Part shown: piece by piece, positions 19,723 to 29,837 of the stretch
How the letters are laid out: each line of letters starts with the position of its first letter
Position numbering within the stretch: the first letter of the stretch is position 1
Assembly (NCBI GenBank): GCA_963695545.1
Contig: OY968796.1
Location: forward strand, 1,280,001-1,344,000
Reading direction: 5' to 3'
Length of the DNA stretch: 64,000 nt
Source of the DNA: Terriglobia bacterium
GTDB taxonomy: Bacteria; Acidobacteriota; Terriglobia; Acidiferrales; UBA7541
Position numbers and translations under genes: made by a program
Notes under the pieces: generated by a model
Seen by the model: the letters and a program-made list of their open reading frames with translations, nothing else
What the model was told of the DNA's origin: nothing
The model's database searches: none

Positions 19723-19809
19723 ACTAAGCCAGGCGATGCGCGACCGGAGCTAGCTGGACAAGAGGCTGGTGGAGCTGACGCGGAAAAACCCAAGAAGGAG
19801 AAAGGAAAA

Positions 19810-19840
19810 AGGCGGCCCCGGGGTCGAGCCGCCTCTTCTT
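19810..19840. terminator. Bidirectional intrinsic terminator-like hairpin
   Basis: aggcggc/gccgcct stem with an A-run on the left and a T-rich run on the right. Confidence 0.5.
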
Positions 19841-20044
19841 TGTGTTCGCGTTGGAACACGTCCCAGCCCTTCGGAGTGGGTTGGGAGTCGGTGTGTGACC
19901 TGACTGGTCAAACCCGGCTCCTGGAAAAAAGTTGCGGGGTATGGACCCCGGGGCGTTTCGCCGGGTTCGACGATAATCGCGACGCTGGCTTGTGGCTGCC
20001 AGATTGGGCCTCAATGATAGAATTCGCGTCACGAGGATCAATCG

Positions 20045-20635
20045 ATGGACGGCTTCCTGAATTTAGAACTGCGGCACACGGGAGAAATTCTGCGAATGCG
20101 GCGAGAGCGTGACGCCGATGGGCAAACAGTTTTGATCATGGACGGCTCGTTGCCGCCAGGAACGAGCGGTCCGCCGGCTCACGTGCATTTCCATCAAAGT
20201 GAGGAAGGCACGGTGAAAGCGGGATCGCTTGGAGCCCGACTGGGAAAAGAGACGATTCGTGTGCCAGCCGGAGGATCCGCGGTGTTTCCGGCGGGGATCG
20301 TTCACGCTTGGTGGAACGCGGGGGACGATGTGCTGGAGTTGAGCGGACGGGCAGTTCCGGCGGATGATTTGGATCGGTACCTACAAGCGGTGTTCGCGGT
20401 TCTCAACGCCAGCCCGACCGGTAGGCCGTCAATCTTCTACATCGCGCACGTGGCCGGGCGGCATCGGCACACGCAGTCGATTGCTTCGCCGCCACGAGCT
20501 ATTCAGCGGATCATTTTTCCTCTGATTCTGTTCGTCGGCCGTGTTCTGGGCAAATACCGCGGAGACGACTGGCCCGGTTCGCCGACGTCGTGCACAGGCG
20601 CGCCGGAACCGGAAGAGGACGCGGTGCGCGTTTGA
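20045..20635 (+). CDS. Cupin domain protein
   Basis: GPPAHVHFHQSEE and FPAGIVHAWWN cupin motifs. Confidence 0.85.
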   Translation: MDGFLNLELRHTGEILRMRRERDADGQTVLIMDGSLPPGTSGPPAHVHFHQSEEGTVKAGSLGARLGKETIRVPAGGSAVFPAGIVHAWWNAGDDVLELSGRAVPADDLDRYLQAVFAVLNASPTGRPSIFYIAHVAGRHRHTQSIASPPRAIQRIIFPLILFVGRVLGKYRGDDWPGSPTSCTGAPEPEEDAVRV

Positions 20636-20788
20636 GAGAGCGCTGCCACTCGGTAGGGGTGACGCGCGAGATAGCGCGGTGACGATTGCGGCCGGATGAC
20701 GAAGCATTTTGCTTTTCTGAAGTGACCAAACCACCTGTGGTGTCGAGAACCGCGTGATGGTCGAAAACCACGTAGAATGAATGGACCT

Positions 20789-23332
20789 ATGGCAGATGCT
20801 CCGGCAGTGAACGATCAGCAGGTTTTGGCTTTTATGGCTACGGCGCATAAGGCGCTGAGCTTGCGCGAGATCGCCGCGGCGATGGGAATTCGCCACGCGG
20901 GGCGGCGAGCATTGGGGAAGATTATTCCGCGGCTTGCGCGGCGCGGCGAACTCGTGGAGATCCGCAACGGGCGGTACAAGCTGGCGGACGAGCACGGATC
21001 GAAGCAAGACAAGAAAGATAAATCAGACGGACACGATCGAGCGCAGCGCGGCGCGCCGTCTGGTCAAACTTCAGCCGCACGAAAAACTCCTAACCAATCG
21101 ATGCGCTCCGCGCAGTCCGGCGAAGCAGTGCGTCCCGCGCAGGGCGGGCAGTCCGGTCACGTCAATCTCTCCAATGTCATCGAGGGGCGGCTTGTGGCGC
21201 ACCGCGATGGATATGGATTCGTGGTTCCATCAAAACCCGTGCCGGGGATGGAAGGCGACCTATTTATCGGCGCGGGACGGATGGGGGATGCGATGCACGG
21301 CGATCGCGTGCTGGCGCGCATCGATCGCGGGCGAAATCGGGCGGGCGGCGCGCGGCAGGAAGGCTCGATTGTGCGCGTGGTGGATCGCGCGCACGCGACG
21401 ATCGTGGGAATTTTCCGCTACGGCGCGAGCGGAAACAGCGTCGCGCCATACGAATCGCGATTGCAGCAGGAGATTGTGATTCCGCCGGGTGCGGAACTGA
21501 CGGCGGATTTGCGCGCGAAACTTGGGCCGCAGCCGCCGCGGCGCGGCGTGCGCTTGCCGGAACTCGACGGCGCGGTGGTGAACGTGGAGCTGACGCGATT
21601 TCCGCAAGGCGGCGTGGCGGCCGCGGGCCGCGTGATTGAAATTCTGGGGCGGCCGGGCGAAATGGGCGTCGATACCGAGATCATGATTCGGAAGCATCAC
21701 CTGCCGCACCAATTTCCTGAAGAAGTTCTGGAGGAAGCGCGCGCGGTAGCGCAACCGGTGGGAGAAGCGGAGCGCGCGGGGCGCGAAGATTTCCGCGAGT
21801 TGCCGATCGTGACGATCGACGGCGAGACGGCGCGGGATTTCGACGACGCCGTGTACGTGCGGCCGCTCGAGAACGGGCGTTGGGAATTGCAGGTGCACAT
21901 CGCCGACGTGGCGCACTACGTGCGGCGCGATTCGCTGCTGGATGCGGAGGCGCGGCTGCGCGGAACTTCGGTGTATTTTCCGGATCGCGCTGTGCCCATG
22001 CTGCCTGAGGATTTGTCGAACAATATTTGCTCGCTGCGCCCGCACGAAGAACGCCTGGTGATGAGCGTGGTGATGGAAATCGGCGCGCAAGGTGAGATTT
22101 TTTCGACGCGCATCGCGCCGGGACTGATTCGCTCGGCCGATCGCATGACGTATACGCTGGTGCACGCGGTGCTTGAGGGCGATCCGGACGCGTCGGAGCG
22201 TTATGCGCACATGAAGCTGCATTTCCAGCACATGCGCGACCTGGCGATGATTCTGAACGCGCGGCGCGTGCGCATGGGCTCGATCGATTTCGATTTGCCC
22301 GAGGCGGTGATCGAATTCAACGACGCGGGGCAAATGATCGGCATCGCGCGCAGCGAGCGCAACATCGCGCATCGCATTATTGAGGAGTTCATGTTGGCGG
22401 CCAATCAAGCCGTGGCGCGCTACCTCGATAAATTGGGCGTGGGGTCGCTGCATCGCGTGCACGAAAAGCCCGATCCGAAACGCGTGCTCGAATTCGAGGA
22501 GTTGGCCCACGCGTTCGGCTATTCGCTGGGCGTCGAAGGGCTGACGGAAAAGCAAATTACGGTGCGGCATGGCGCCGCGCCCGCGCATCGCGGCGAGCGC
22601 GGCAAGCGGCGGCATGGCCGGGACGGCGGCGGCCGGGAAAAGCCGATGACGGTGACGCTGCCCAGCTCGCAGGACATCGACATTCGGCCGCAGCATTACC
22701 AGTTGCTGACGGCGCGCATCGCGGGCAAGCCCGAGGAGCGCATCCTTTCTTACTTGATGCTGCGCTCGCTGAAGCAAGCGCGCTATTCGCCGGATTCGCT
22801 GGGGCACTTCGCGCTGGCGTTCGATCAGTACACGCATTTCACTTCGCCGATACGCCGCTATCCGGATTTGATCGTGCATCGCATTTTGAAGTGGGCGCTG
22901 CGGCAGGGAGCCACTGGCGCGCGCGCGGTGGGCGGGCCGTATTCGCCGGGCGAACTCGATGCGATCGCGAGGGAAACTTCCGAGCTCGAACGGCGCGCCG
23001 AAGCCGCTGAGCGCGAGCTGAAGAGTTGGAAGACGGCGCAATTCATGGAGCAGCATCTGGGCGAAGAGTTCGACGCGTTGATCGTTTCCGTGCAGAAGTT
23101 CGGATTCTTCGTGGAGCTGGTCGAGATGTTCGTCGAAGGTTTGGTGCCCATAAATCGCCTGGAAGCGACGACGGGCGAGCGTTGTCTTTATCGCGAATCC
23201 GATCGCACGATCACCTGCGGGCGGCCCGGCGGGCGGCGCACGCGCGTGTGGCGGTTGGGGGATCGCATTCGCGTGCGCGCGGAGCGTATCGATCCGCTTT
23301 CGCGGCGCGTGGAATTTTCGCAGATCGACTGA
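20789..23332 (+). CDS. rnr: Ribonuclease R
   Basis: HRDGYGFV cold-shock domain, TIDGETARDFDDAV, HFTSPIRRYPDLIVHR, C-terminal S1 domain. Confidence 0.95.
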   Translation: MADAPAVNDQQVLAFMATAHKALSLREIAAAMGIRHAGRRALGKIIPRLARRGELVEIRNGRYKLADEHGSKQDKKDKSDGHDRAQRGAPSGQTSAARKTPNQSMRSAQSGEAVRPAQGGQSGHVNLSNVIEGRLVAHRDGYGFVVPSKPVPGMEGDLFIGAGRMGDAMHGDRVLARIDRGRNRAGGARQEGSIVRVVDRAHATIVGIFRYGASGNSVAPYESRLQQEIVIPPGAELTADLRAKLGPQPPRRGVRLPELDGAVVNVELTRFPQGGVAAAGRVIEILGRPGEMGVDTEIMIRKHHLPHQFPEEVLEEARAVAQPVGEAERAGREDFRELPIVTIDGETARDFDDAVYVRPLENGRWELQVHIADVAHYVRRDSLLDAEARLRGTSVYFPDRAVPMLPEDLSNNICSLRPHEERLVMSVVMEIGAQGEIFSTRIAPGLIRSADRMTYTLVHAVLEGDPDASERYAHMKLHFQHMRDLAMILNARRVRMGSIDFDLPEAVIEFNDAGQMIGIARSERNIAHRIIEEFMLAANQAVARYLDKLGVGSLHRVHEKPDPKRVLEFEELAHAFGYSLGVEGLTEKQITVRHGAAPAHRGERGKRRHGRDGGGREKPMTVTLPSSQDIDIRPQHYQLLTARIAGKPEERILSYLMLRSLKQARYSPDSLGHFALAFDQYTHFTSPIRRYPDLIVHRILKWALRQGATGARAVGGPYSPGELDAIARETSELERRAEAAERELKSWKTAQFMEQHLGEEFDALIVSVQKFGFFVELVEMFVEGLVPINRLEATTGERCLYRESDRTITCGRPGGRRTRVWRLGDRIRVRAERIDPLSRRVEFSQID

Positions 23333-23356
23333 GGCAGAAAAACTCGAGGAGACGCC

Positions 23357-23713
23357 ATGGCCAGCAAGTGTCCGCATTGCATGTCGAAAGTTCCGATGGG
23401 CCTCGTCTTGTCGCATTCCTACGGAATGGAATGTCCGCATTGCCACACGCGTCTTGAGGTCTCGGACGGCGGGCGGTACGTGGCGGCGTTTGCGGGATTG
23501 GCGGCGGCCACGGTGGTGTATCGCTTTGCGCGGATTTCGACGGGACTGCTGGGGTGGGCGCTGGCGATTGTGTACGCGATCATCGCGTTCGGCGTGATCT
23601 CGCCGCTGGTGCTGATGCGGGTGGCGGATTTGCAGACGGCGCAGCCGGAGCCGGAACCAACCGGCCACGGCGGGGCGGCGCCGGCGGCTAGCCATGGCTC
23701 GGGGCACCATTAA
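23357..23713 (+). CDS. Hypothetical zinc-ribbon membrane protein (CPHC-x17-CPHC plus 2 TM)
   Basis: GAGGAG SD; two CxxC motifs followed by two hydrophobic helices. Confidence 0.7.
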   Translation: MASKCPHCMSKVPMGLVLSHSYGMECPHCHTRLEVSDGGRYVAAFAGLAAATVVYRFARISTGLLGWALAIVYAIIAFGVISPLVLMRVADLQTAQPEPEPTGHGGAAPAASHGSGHH

Positions 23714-23883
23714 TTTTCGTGAGCGAGGCGCGCGGCTCATCTGGAAATTTCATGCGCTCGGGCGTTAGCGGAATGGAGCGCGCAAGCGTCTGAATAAGCG
23801 CAGCTTAGTACCGAAGGACCAGTGAGGCGACCTGGCCCTATCGTACTATTGAGCCGTTCCAAATCGCGGCTCACACTGCTGGC

Positions 23884-24198
23884 ATGGCGCAATATGGCAA
23901 ATTGCTCGGCCAGCGTGTGGAGGTCGAGTATAGGGCCGGCGACGTGCTGCTGGCGGCCACGGGCAAGCTGGCGGCTGATTCGGGGAAGTCCATTTTTCTG
24001 GAAGACTGCTCGGAACTAAAGGGGCAGGTTAAAACGTATCGCTGGGAAATTCCCTATCCTTGCATACTGTCGGTGGATCGCTCGTTTGCGCCCGAGCCTG
24101 TGAAGGCAATGGAGCATTCAGCCGCGCCGGACGACGCGGAGTCCGAGCAGGCCAATTCCCGCGCGGCAGTTCTGAAGCGCAGTCCGCAACAAATCTAA
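23884..24198 (+). CDS. Hypothetical protein, possible Sm/LSm-like fold
   Basis: ORF with globular beta-rich N-terminal part; see finding. Confidence 0.6.
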   Translation: MAQYGKLLGQRVEVEYRAGDVLLAATGKLAADSGKSIFLEDCSELKGQVKTYRWEIPYPCILSVDRSFAPEPVKAMEHSAAPDDAESEQANSRAAVLKRSPQQI

Positions 24199-24309
24199 AT
24201 CCTCGCGTAAGTCCTCCAACGCCGCAGATTGCTGCGGGATTCCAATTGTCGTCGTGTTCCGGCCGAGGCTCGGCTAAAATCGGACGCTGCCGTTTGCGAG
24301 GAGCGATCC

Positions 24310-25179
24310 GTGAAACCAACTGTGGGATTTATCGGCTTGGGACTGATGGGGCGCCCGATGGCGCTGAATCTTTTGAAGGCGGGGTATGCGCTGACGGTGT
24401 GGAATCGCACGCGCGCGCGGGCCGAGGACGTGGTGGCGGCGGGAGCGACGCTGGCCGCGACGCCACGCGAAACCGCTGCGGGCGCGGACGTGCTGTTCAT
24501 GATCGTGAGCGATCCGCCGGCGGTGGAAGCGGTGCTGTGGGGCGCGGACGGGGCGCTGGCGGGATTGCGCAAAGGAAGCGTGCTGGTGGATTCGAGCACA
24601 GTCTCGCCGGATCTCGCACGGCGGAGCGCGGCGGCCTGCGCCGAGCGTGGCGTGGAGTATCTGGATGCGCCGGTGACGGGCGGAACGTGGGGCGCGGAAA
24701 AAGGCGAGTTGGTGTTCATGGTGGGCGGCGCTGCGGCGACGCTCGCGCGCGTGGAGCCGTTGCTCGGAGCGATGGGCAAGAAATGGTTTCTGTTGGGGCC
24801 GAATGGCGCGGGGCAAACGATCAAGCTGGCGATGAATCTGATATTGGCGCTGGAAGTGGAGGCGCTGGCGGAGGCGCTGGCGATCGTGAAGGCCGCGGGC
24901 CTTCCGGGCGAGCGGCTGGTGGAAGTGATGCAATCGAGCATGGGGCGCGCACCGGTGCTCGACGTGAAGGCGCCGGTGATGTTGTCGGGCGATTACAAGG
25001 CTAGTTTTCCGCTGCGGCTGATGTACAAGGACGTCGCGCTGGCGATGGATCTTGCGGGCGAACTTAAGATTACACTGCCGGCCGGAGCCGCGGCGCGCGA
25101 CACTTACGGCGCGGTGCGGCGGACGTCGAGTGACGATCCGGACTACGCGGCGGTTGCGCGGTTCTGGGCGAAGCGCTGA
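24310..25179 (+). CDS. Beta-hydroxyacid dehydrogenase (3-hydroxyisobutyrate / tartronate semialdehyde reductase family)
   Basis: GFIGLGLMG, WNRT, LDAPVTGG and KLAMN motifs; GAGGAG SD before GTG. Confidence 0.92.
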   Translation: MKPTVGFIGLGLMGRPMALNLLKAGYALTVWNRTRARAEDVVAAGATLAATPRETAAGADVLFMIVSDPPAVEAVLWGADGALAGLRKGSVLVDSSTVSPDLARRSAAACAERGVEYLDAPVTGGTWGAEKGELVFMVGGAAATLARVEPLLGAMGKKWFLLGPNGAGQTIKLAMNLILALEVEALAEALAIVKAAGLPGERLVEVMQSSMGRAPVLDVKAPVMLSGDYKASFPLRLMYKDVALAMDLAGELKITLPAGAAARDTYGAVRRTSSDDPDYAAVARFWAKR

Positions 25180-25313
25180 GCGGGCCGCGGCGGCGTTCCA
25201 CTGCGGCACGCTGGTTGTTTTCCACGCGCGCGCGCGGTTGCCGACCGAGCGCGGGAATGGAATAATGCATCATCCGCGAACGGAATCCGCGCACACGCAG
25301 GGAGGACCCCGGA

Positions 25314-25604
25314 ATGGAAGCGAAGAAACTCAGCGAAAAAGGATTGGCCACGGCGCTTAAGGGATTGGCAGGTTGGACGATTGTCGACGGCACACTGCGC
25401 CGCGCATTTGAGTTTAAGGATTTTTCGGAGGCATTCGGATTCATGACGCGGGTTGCGATGGCTGCGGAATCCATGAATCATCATCCGGATTGGTCGAACT
25501 CCTGGAACCGCGTGAAGATTGAACTGGTGACCCACAGCGCCGGCGGCATCACGCCGAACGACATCGATCTGGCGCACCAAATCAATAAAATTTCCGGCTT
25601 CTGA
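25314..25604 (+). CDS. phhB: Pterin-4-alpha-carbinolamine dehydratase
   Basis: AESMNHHPDW and THSAGGIT motifs. Confidence 0.92.
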   Translation: MEAKKLSEKGLATALKGLAGWTIVDGTLRRAFEFKDFSEAFGFMTRVAMAAESMNHHPDWSNSWNRVKIELVTHSAGGITPNDIDLAHQINKISGF

Positions 25605-26800
25605 TGCCCGTACAAATCGTCAAGCGCCGCTCGCGCGGCTTTATTTGCGTGAACGCTCACCCGGAAGGGTGCCGGCGCAACGTGGAGCGATGGGCGGAGG
25701 CGGTGCGCGAGCGCACGAAACCCGCGGCGCGTCCGCCGCGGAACGTGTTGGTGATCGGGGCGTCGACCGGGTACGGATTGGCGTCGCGCATCGTGGCGGC
25801 GTTCGGCTACGAAGCGAGAACGCTCGGCGTGTTTTTCGAGCGCGCACCCGAAGGCGATAAGACCGGAACGGCGGGACATTACAACACTGTGGCGTTCCAC
25901 GCGCTCGCCGGGGCCGCGAATATTTTCGCCGCGAGCCTGAATGGCGACGCCTTTGGCGTGGAAGCGAAGCGCGCGGCGGCGGAGATCGTGCGCAAGCAGA
26001 TGGAGCCGCTTGATCTGGTGATTTACAGCCTGGCTTCGCCGAAGCGCACCAATCCGGATACGGGCGTGACGCATTCGTCGGCGCTCAAGCCGACCGGGCT
26101 GCCGTTCACGAATAAAACCGTCGAGCTCGATTCAGAAAAAGTCACGCCGGTGACGCTGGCTCCCGCAAGCGACGCGGAAATCGCAGACACCATCGCCGTG
26201 ATGGGCGGGGACGATTGGCGGCGCTGGATCGAGATGCTGCTCGAAGAAAAATTGCTGGCCGACGGCGCGAGGACGATCGCCTATTCGTACATCGGGCCGG
26301 AATTGACCTGGCCGATTTATCGCGACGGCACCATCGGCCTGGCAAAGAAAGATTTGGAAAACACCGCGCACTCGCTGGACGCGCTGCTGCGCGCGCGGTG
26401 CGGCGGGCAAGCGCAAATTTCGGTGAACAAGGCTGTCGTCACGCAGGCATCGGCGGCGATTCCCGTCGTGCCGCTGTATCTCAGCTTGTTGCCGCCGGCG
26501 CTCGCGCGTCGCGATTCGGAGGAAGGGCCGCTTGAGCAGATGGAGCGGCTGTTCGCCAACTTCATCGCCACCGACACGCCCGCGCCGCTCGATGCGGCGG
26601 GGCGAATTCGATTGGACGATCGCGAGCTGCGGCCCGAGGTGCAGGCGGAAATTATGTCGCTGTGGCCGCAGATCACCACGGAAAATCTCCGCGCGCTCAC
26701 GGATTTCGCGGGCTTTCAGCGCGAGTTTCGGCGCCTGTTTGGCTTTGAAGTCGAAGGCGTGGATTACGACGAGCCGGTTGAAACCGATCTTAGTTGGTAA
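25604..26800 (+). CDS. fabV: Enoyl-ACP reductase FabV / trans-2-enoyl-CoA reductase
   Basis: RGFICVNAHPEGC, GASTGYGLASRI and YRDGTIGLAK motifs. Confidence 0.93.
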   Translation: MPVQIVKRRSRGFICVNAHPEGCRRNVERWAEAVRERTKPAARPPRNVLVIGASTGYGLASRIVAAFGYEARTLGVFFERAPEGDKTGTAGHYNTVAFHALAGAANIFAASLNGDAFGVEAKRAAAEIVRKQMEPLDLVIYSLASPKRTNPDTGVTHSSALKPTGLPFTNKTVELDSEKVTPVTLAPASDAEIADTIAVMGGDDWRRWIEMLLEEKLLADGARTIAYSYIGPELTWPIYRDGTIGLAKKDLENTAHSLDALLRARCGGQAQISVNKAVVTQASAAIPVVPLYLSLLPPALARRDSEEGPLEQMERLFANFIATDTPAPLDAAGRIRLDDRELRPEVQAEIMSLWPQITTENLRALTDFAGFQREFRRLFGFEVEGVDYDEPVETDLSW

Positions 26801-26891
26801 GGCGCGCTTGAGGTCTCCGCGCGGCGCGCTTCCCTTGTAGCGTTTCATCACTCCTTTCATCTAATTGATAGGCGTAGATTTAGCGGCGCTT

Positions 26892-26918
26892 GAAATATTC
26901 GGGCCGCTCATTCGTCTA
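26892..26918 (+). promoter_or_regulatory. Candidate ECF autoregulatory promoter
   Basis: GAAAT-16nt-CGTCTA, ending 9 nt upstream of the sigma factor ATG. Confidence 0.45.
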
Positions 26919-26927
26919 CAGAGGCAT

Positions 26928-27515
26928 ATGGAGCAGGCAGCACTGAGCGTGGCGTTGACCGCCGAACAAGATCAGCGGATCACCGAGACGGTCGAGCGCG
27001 AACGGGCGCGGCTGCGCAATTTCATTCGCAGGCGCGTGGCCGACGCCGCTGACGCCGACGACATTCTGCAGGAGGTCTTCTACGAACTGGTGGAGGCCTA
27101 CCGGTTGATGCAGCCGCTCGAGCAAGTGAGTGCGTGGCTGTTTCGCGTGGCGCGGAATCGGATTACGGATTTGTTCCGGAAGAAAAAACCTGTGGCGTTT
27201 GCGAGCGATCCGGTCGCATTCGCCGAGGATGGCGAACCGTTTTCGTTCGAGGATCTGCTGCCATCGCCGGACGCCGGACCGGAAGCAGTCTACGCGCGGA
27301 ACGTGCTGCTCGAAGAATTCGAGGCCGCCGTGGATGAATTGCCGCCAGAGCAGCGCGAAGTGTTCATCGCGCACGAAGTCGAAGGGCGCAGCTTCAAAGA
27401 GCTTGCGGCCGAAACCGGCTTGAGCGTGAACACGCTGCATTTGAGGAAACATTACGCGGTGCTGCAACTGCGCGAGCGACTGCAGGCTGTTTACGACGAG
27501 TTCATGAAAGCTTGA
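26928..27515 (+). CDS. ECF sigma-70 family RNA polymerase sigma factor
   Basis: DADDILQEVF, WLFRVARNRITD, LPPEQREVF and region 4 HTH. Confidence 0.93.
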   Translation: MEQAALSVALTAEQDQRITETVERERARLRNFIRRRVADAADADDILQEVFYELVEAYRLMQPLEQVSAWLFRVARNRITDLFRKKKPVAFASDPVAFAEDGEPFSFEDLLPSPDAGPEAVYARNVLLEEFEAAVDELPPEQREVFIAHEVEGRSFKELAAETGLSVNTLHLRKHYAVLQLRERLQAVYDEFMKA

Positions 27516-27525
27516 GGAGGAAAAA

Positions 27526-27870
27526 ATGAGAGGCCGATGGATTTTGAGAGGATTGAAAATCGTAGCGATCGTGGTGGTGGTCGGAACCGTGCTCAGCTAT
27601 GTGACCATGCGCCTGTGGAACTGGCTGACACCGGCGCTGTTTGGCTGGCACTTGATTACGTTCTGGCAAGCGTTGGGCGTGCTGATCTTGAGCAAGATTC
27701 TGTTCGGCGGACTCCGCGGCCGGCCGGGCTCGCGCTGGCGGCGCCGCATGGCCGAGCGCTGGGAACAGATGACTCCCGAGGAGCGCGAGAAGTTCCGCCA
27801 AGGGATGCGCGGGCGCTGCGGCCCGTTTGGATCTGCGACGCCCGCGGCAGAGTCCGCGCCGAAGGTCTGA
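27526..27870 (+). CDS. Small membrane protein coupled to the ECF sigma factor
   Basis: GAGGAGG SD; LWNWLTPALFG..ITFWQALG..LSKILFGG segment and MTPEEREKF tail. Confidence 0.8.
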   Translation: MRGRWILRGLKIVAIVVVVGTVLSYVTMRLWNWLTPALFGWHLITFWQALGVLILSKILFGGLRGRPGSRWRRRMAERWEQMTPEEREKFRQGMRGRCGPFGSATPAAESAPKV

Positions 27871-27893
27871 ATCGAATTAACGAGGCAACGAAC

Positions 27894-27924
27894 ACGCCTA
27901 TCGGCCGTTAGGGCCGATAGGCGT
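27894..27924. terminator. 13-bp perfect hairpin between convergent genes
   Basis: acgcctatcggcc-gttag-ggccgataggcgt. Confidence 0.7.
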
Positions 27925-27940
27925 CCCGCAAATGGCGGTG

Positions 27941-29344
27941 TCAGCTTCTCAAGTTGGTCGCAGGATCTCGGCCGAGCCGCGTGCCGCGCCAGTAGAGGTA
28001 CGCGCCGACGGCATTCGTGGCGCAGATCGACGCGATCACTTTGATCGCGAAGAGCGCGCGGCTGGCTACATCACCGACAGGCACAATATTAAAAATCAAC
28101 GAGATCAAAGCGACCGCGAAACCAGAGAGCGCCCCGAGCCGGACGCCCTGGCCTGGGTGCCAACCGCGCGATCGAAAACCGAATAGGACCACGCCGAACA
28201 GCAGCAGATACGTGATGCAAAGCGATCCAACATCCACGGACGCGCCGACCTGAACAGCCTCCTGATTTCCCGCGCCGAGCAAACTGAGTAGTCCCAGAAA
28301 CATCAGGGTGATGGTCACCGCGCCGATCGCGCGCGATGGCGTGCGAAATTTCGGATGCAGCGTGCTCCACCAGCGCGGCAAGAGGCCGTCCCATCCGGCA
28401 ACCATGGGCAAGCGCGCAACCATTCCGACACAGATGACCATACTGGCCAGAAAGGAAATGTCGAAAGCGCCGGCCACGAGCACGGTGAGCGCTCTGCCGA
28501 ATCCGGTGACGCCGAAGCCGGCCTGCATCACCTGGGGCAGAGCGGCGGACACGTCTACTTTGGCGGGAGCGATATAGGACAAGACGGCGCTGGTTCCCAG
28601 AATGTACATCAAGGCGATCAACGGTGCGGCGATGAGCACGGAACGCGCGACGTCGTTTTCGGGCTTGCGGCATTCTTCGGAGAAAACCGCGGAGCTGTCG
28701 AAGCCAGAGAGCGCTCCGACGGCCATTTTGGCGAAGACGGCGAGCGTGAGGACGGAGAAGGCCGGCCAAGCTATGGAAAAAGAACTGCGCGCGGAGGGCG
28801 CCGCTGTGGCCCACGCCTTTATCAAGACACAGAGCAACGCCAGGAACGTCGCGAACGTCAGGAGCGCTCCGGCATTGCTCCACCATTTGGCGAGGCGCAA
28901 TCCGCGCACATTAAAAACGTAGGCGATCACACAAGCGATGGCGGTTAAGGTCAGCGCGAACAGCGTGCTGGTCAACATCCAAGAATCGTTCGGTCCAGCC
29001 GCGTAGAAGAAGCCGTTTGCGAGGAACGAACCGATGGTCGCAAAAGCAGCAATCACGTAAATCGTGAGATTCCAGGCGGCCATGTATCCCGCAAACGGCG
29101 AGAGTCCTTCCTTGATCCACTGATATGCGCCGCCTTCGACGGGCATGGCGCGGCTCAACTTCATCACGATGGCCGCGAGCGGCAAATAGAACAGAAAAAT
29201 TGCGAGCAGCCACAGCGCAATTTCGGACGAACCTTGCTTCGCGGCAAATCCAGCCCAACCGAGCCAGACGATCAGGGCAACCTGCATCGGGACGAGATCG
29301 CGCAGCCGCAGTTCGCGTCTCAGGCCGTGATTTGTGGTTTCCAT
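27941..29344 (-). CDS. APC family amino acid permease (GadC-like)
   Basis: LRRELRLRDLV, PVEGGAYQW and LHPKFRTP motifs; many TM segments. Confidence 0.88.
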   Translation of the reverse strand: METTNHGLRRELRLRDLVPMQVALIVWLGWAGFAAKQGSSEIALWLLAIFLFYLPLAAIVMKLSRAMPVEGGAYQWIKEGLSPFAGYMAAWNLTIYVIAAFATIGSFLANGFFYAAGPNDSWMLTSTLFALTLTAIACVIAYVFNVRGLRLAKWWSNAGALLTFATFLALLCVLIKAWATAAPSARSSFSIAWPAFSVLTLAVFAKMAVGALSGFDSSAVFSEECRKPENDVARSVLIAAPLIALMYILGTSAVLSYIAPAKVDVSAALPQVMQAGFGVTGFGRALTVLVAGAFDISFLASMVICVGMVARLPMVAGWDGLLPRWWSTLHPKFRTPSRAIGAVTITLMFLGLLSLLGAGNQEAVQVGASVDVGSLCITYLLLFGVVLFGFRSRGWHPGQGVRLGALSGFAVALISLIFNIVPVGDVASRALFAIKVIASICATNAVGAYLYWRGTRLGRDPATNLRS

Positions 29345-29438
29345 AATGAGCGCGCGAATCATGCGCAATGACTTCGAGCGCTTGATTTCAGATCCGCGGG
29401 GACGAACGAGGGCACAAGGGCTGTGCCAAGATCAAAAG

Positions 29439-29837
29439 CTACGCGAGTTCTTCCAAGGTGAACCGGTTATATTTTTCCGCGAACTTTAAACCTACAGGCT
29501 TTACGATAGCGATGGCGCGTGCGGCGTCTTCATCCTTCGGGGCATGGAGAACAAGAAATCCGCAGCCTTGTCTCGCAAGCACGAAATATTCATCGACCTT
29601 GGCGGCTTCCTGACCGATCTGCATAGGGCTCGCGGAATGCTCCTCGCTTTTAACCAGCTCCGCCATCACATCAGCGTTCTTGTAATGCGTAACGTCGTCC
29701 GCGGCGAATCCTCCGGCGATCAGCAATTGCCGCGCCCGCTCGGCGTCGGCATCGTTTGCGAAAGCCATCACCACGTGTCCGGTCGGGCTAAATACTCCAA
29801 ACGACTCTGGGAATCGCACCTTCGAGCCTTTTGTCAT
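29439..29837 (-). CDS. Hypothetical protein
   Basis: GGAG SD; 132-aa ORF with normal globular composition. Confidence 0.7.
   Translation of the reverse strand: MTKGSKVRFPESFGVFSPTGHVVMAFANDADAERARQLLIAGGFAADDVTHYKNADVMAELVKSEEHSASPMQIGQEAAKVDEYFVLARQGCGFLVLHAPKDEDAARAIAIVKPVGLKFAEKYNRFTLEELA

Noticed and set aside
16884..20700. Island integrated at tRNA-Leu
   Set aside because: No duplication of the tRNA-Leu 3' end and no integrase seen; downstream genes have host-like composition
21260..23740. 826-aa minus-strand ORF
   Set aside because: Antisense shadow of rnr
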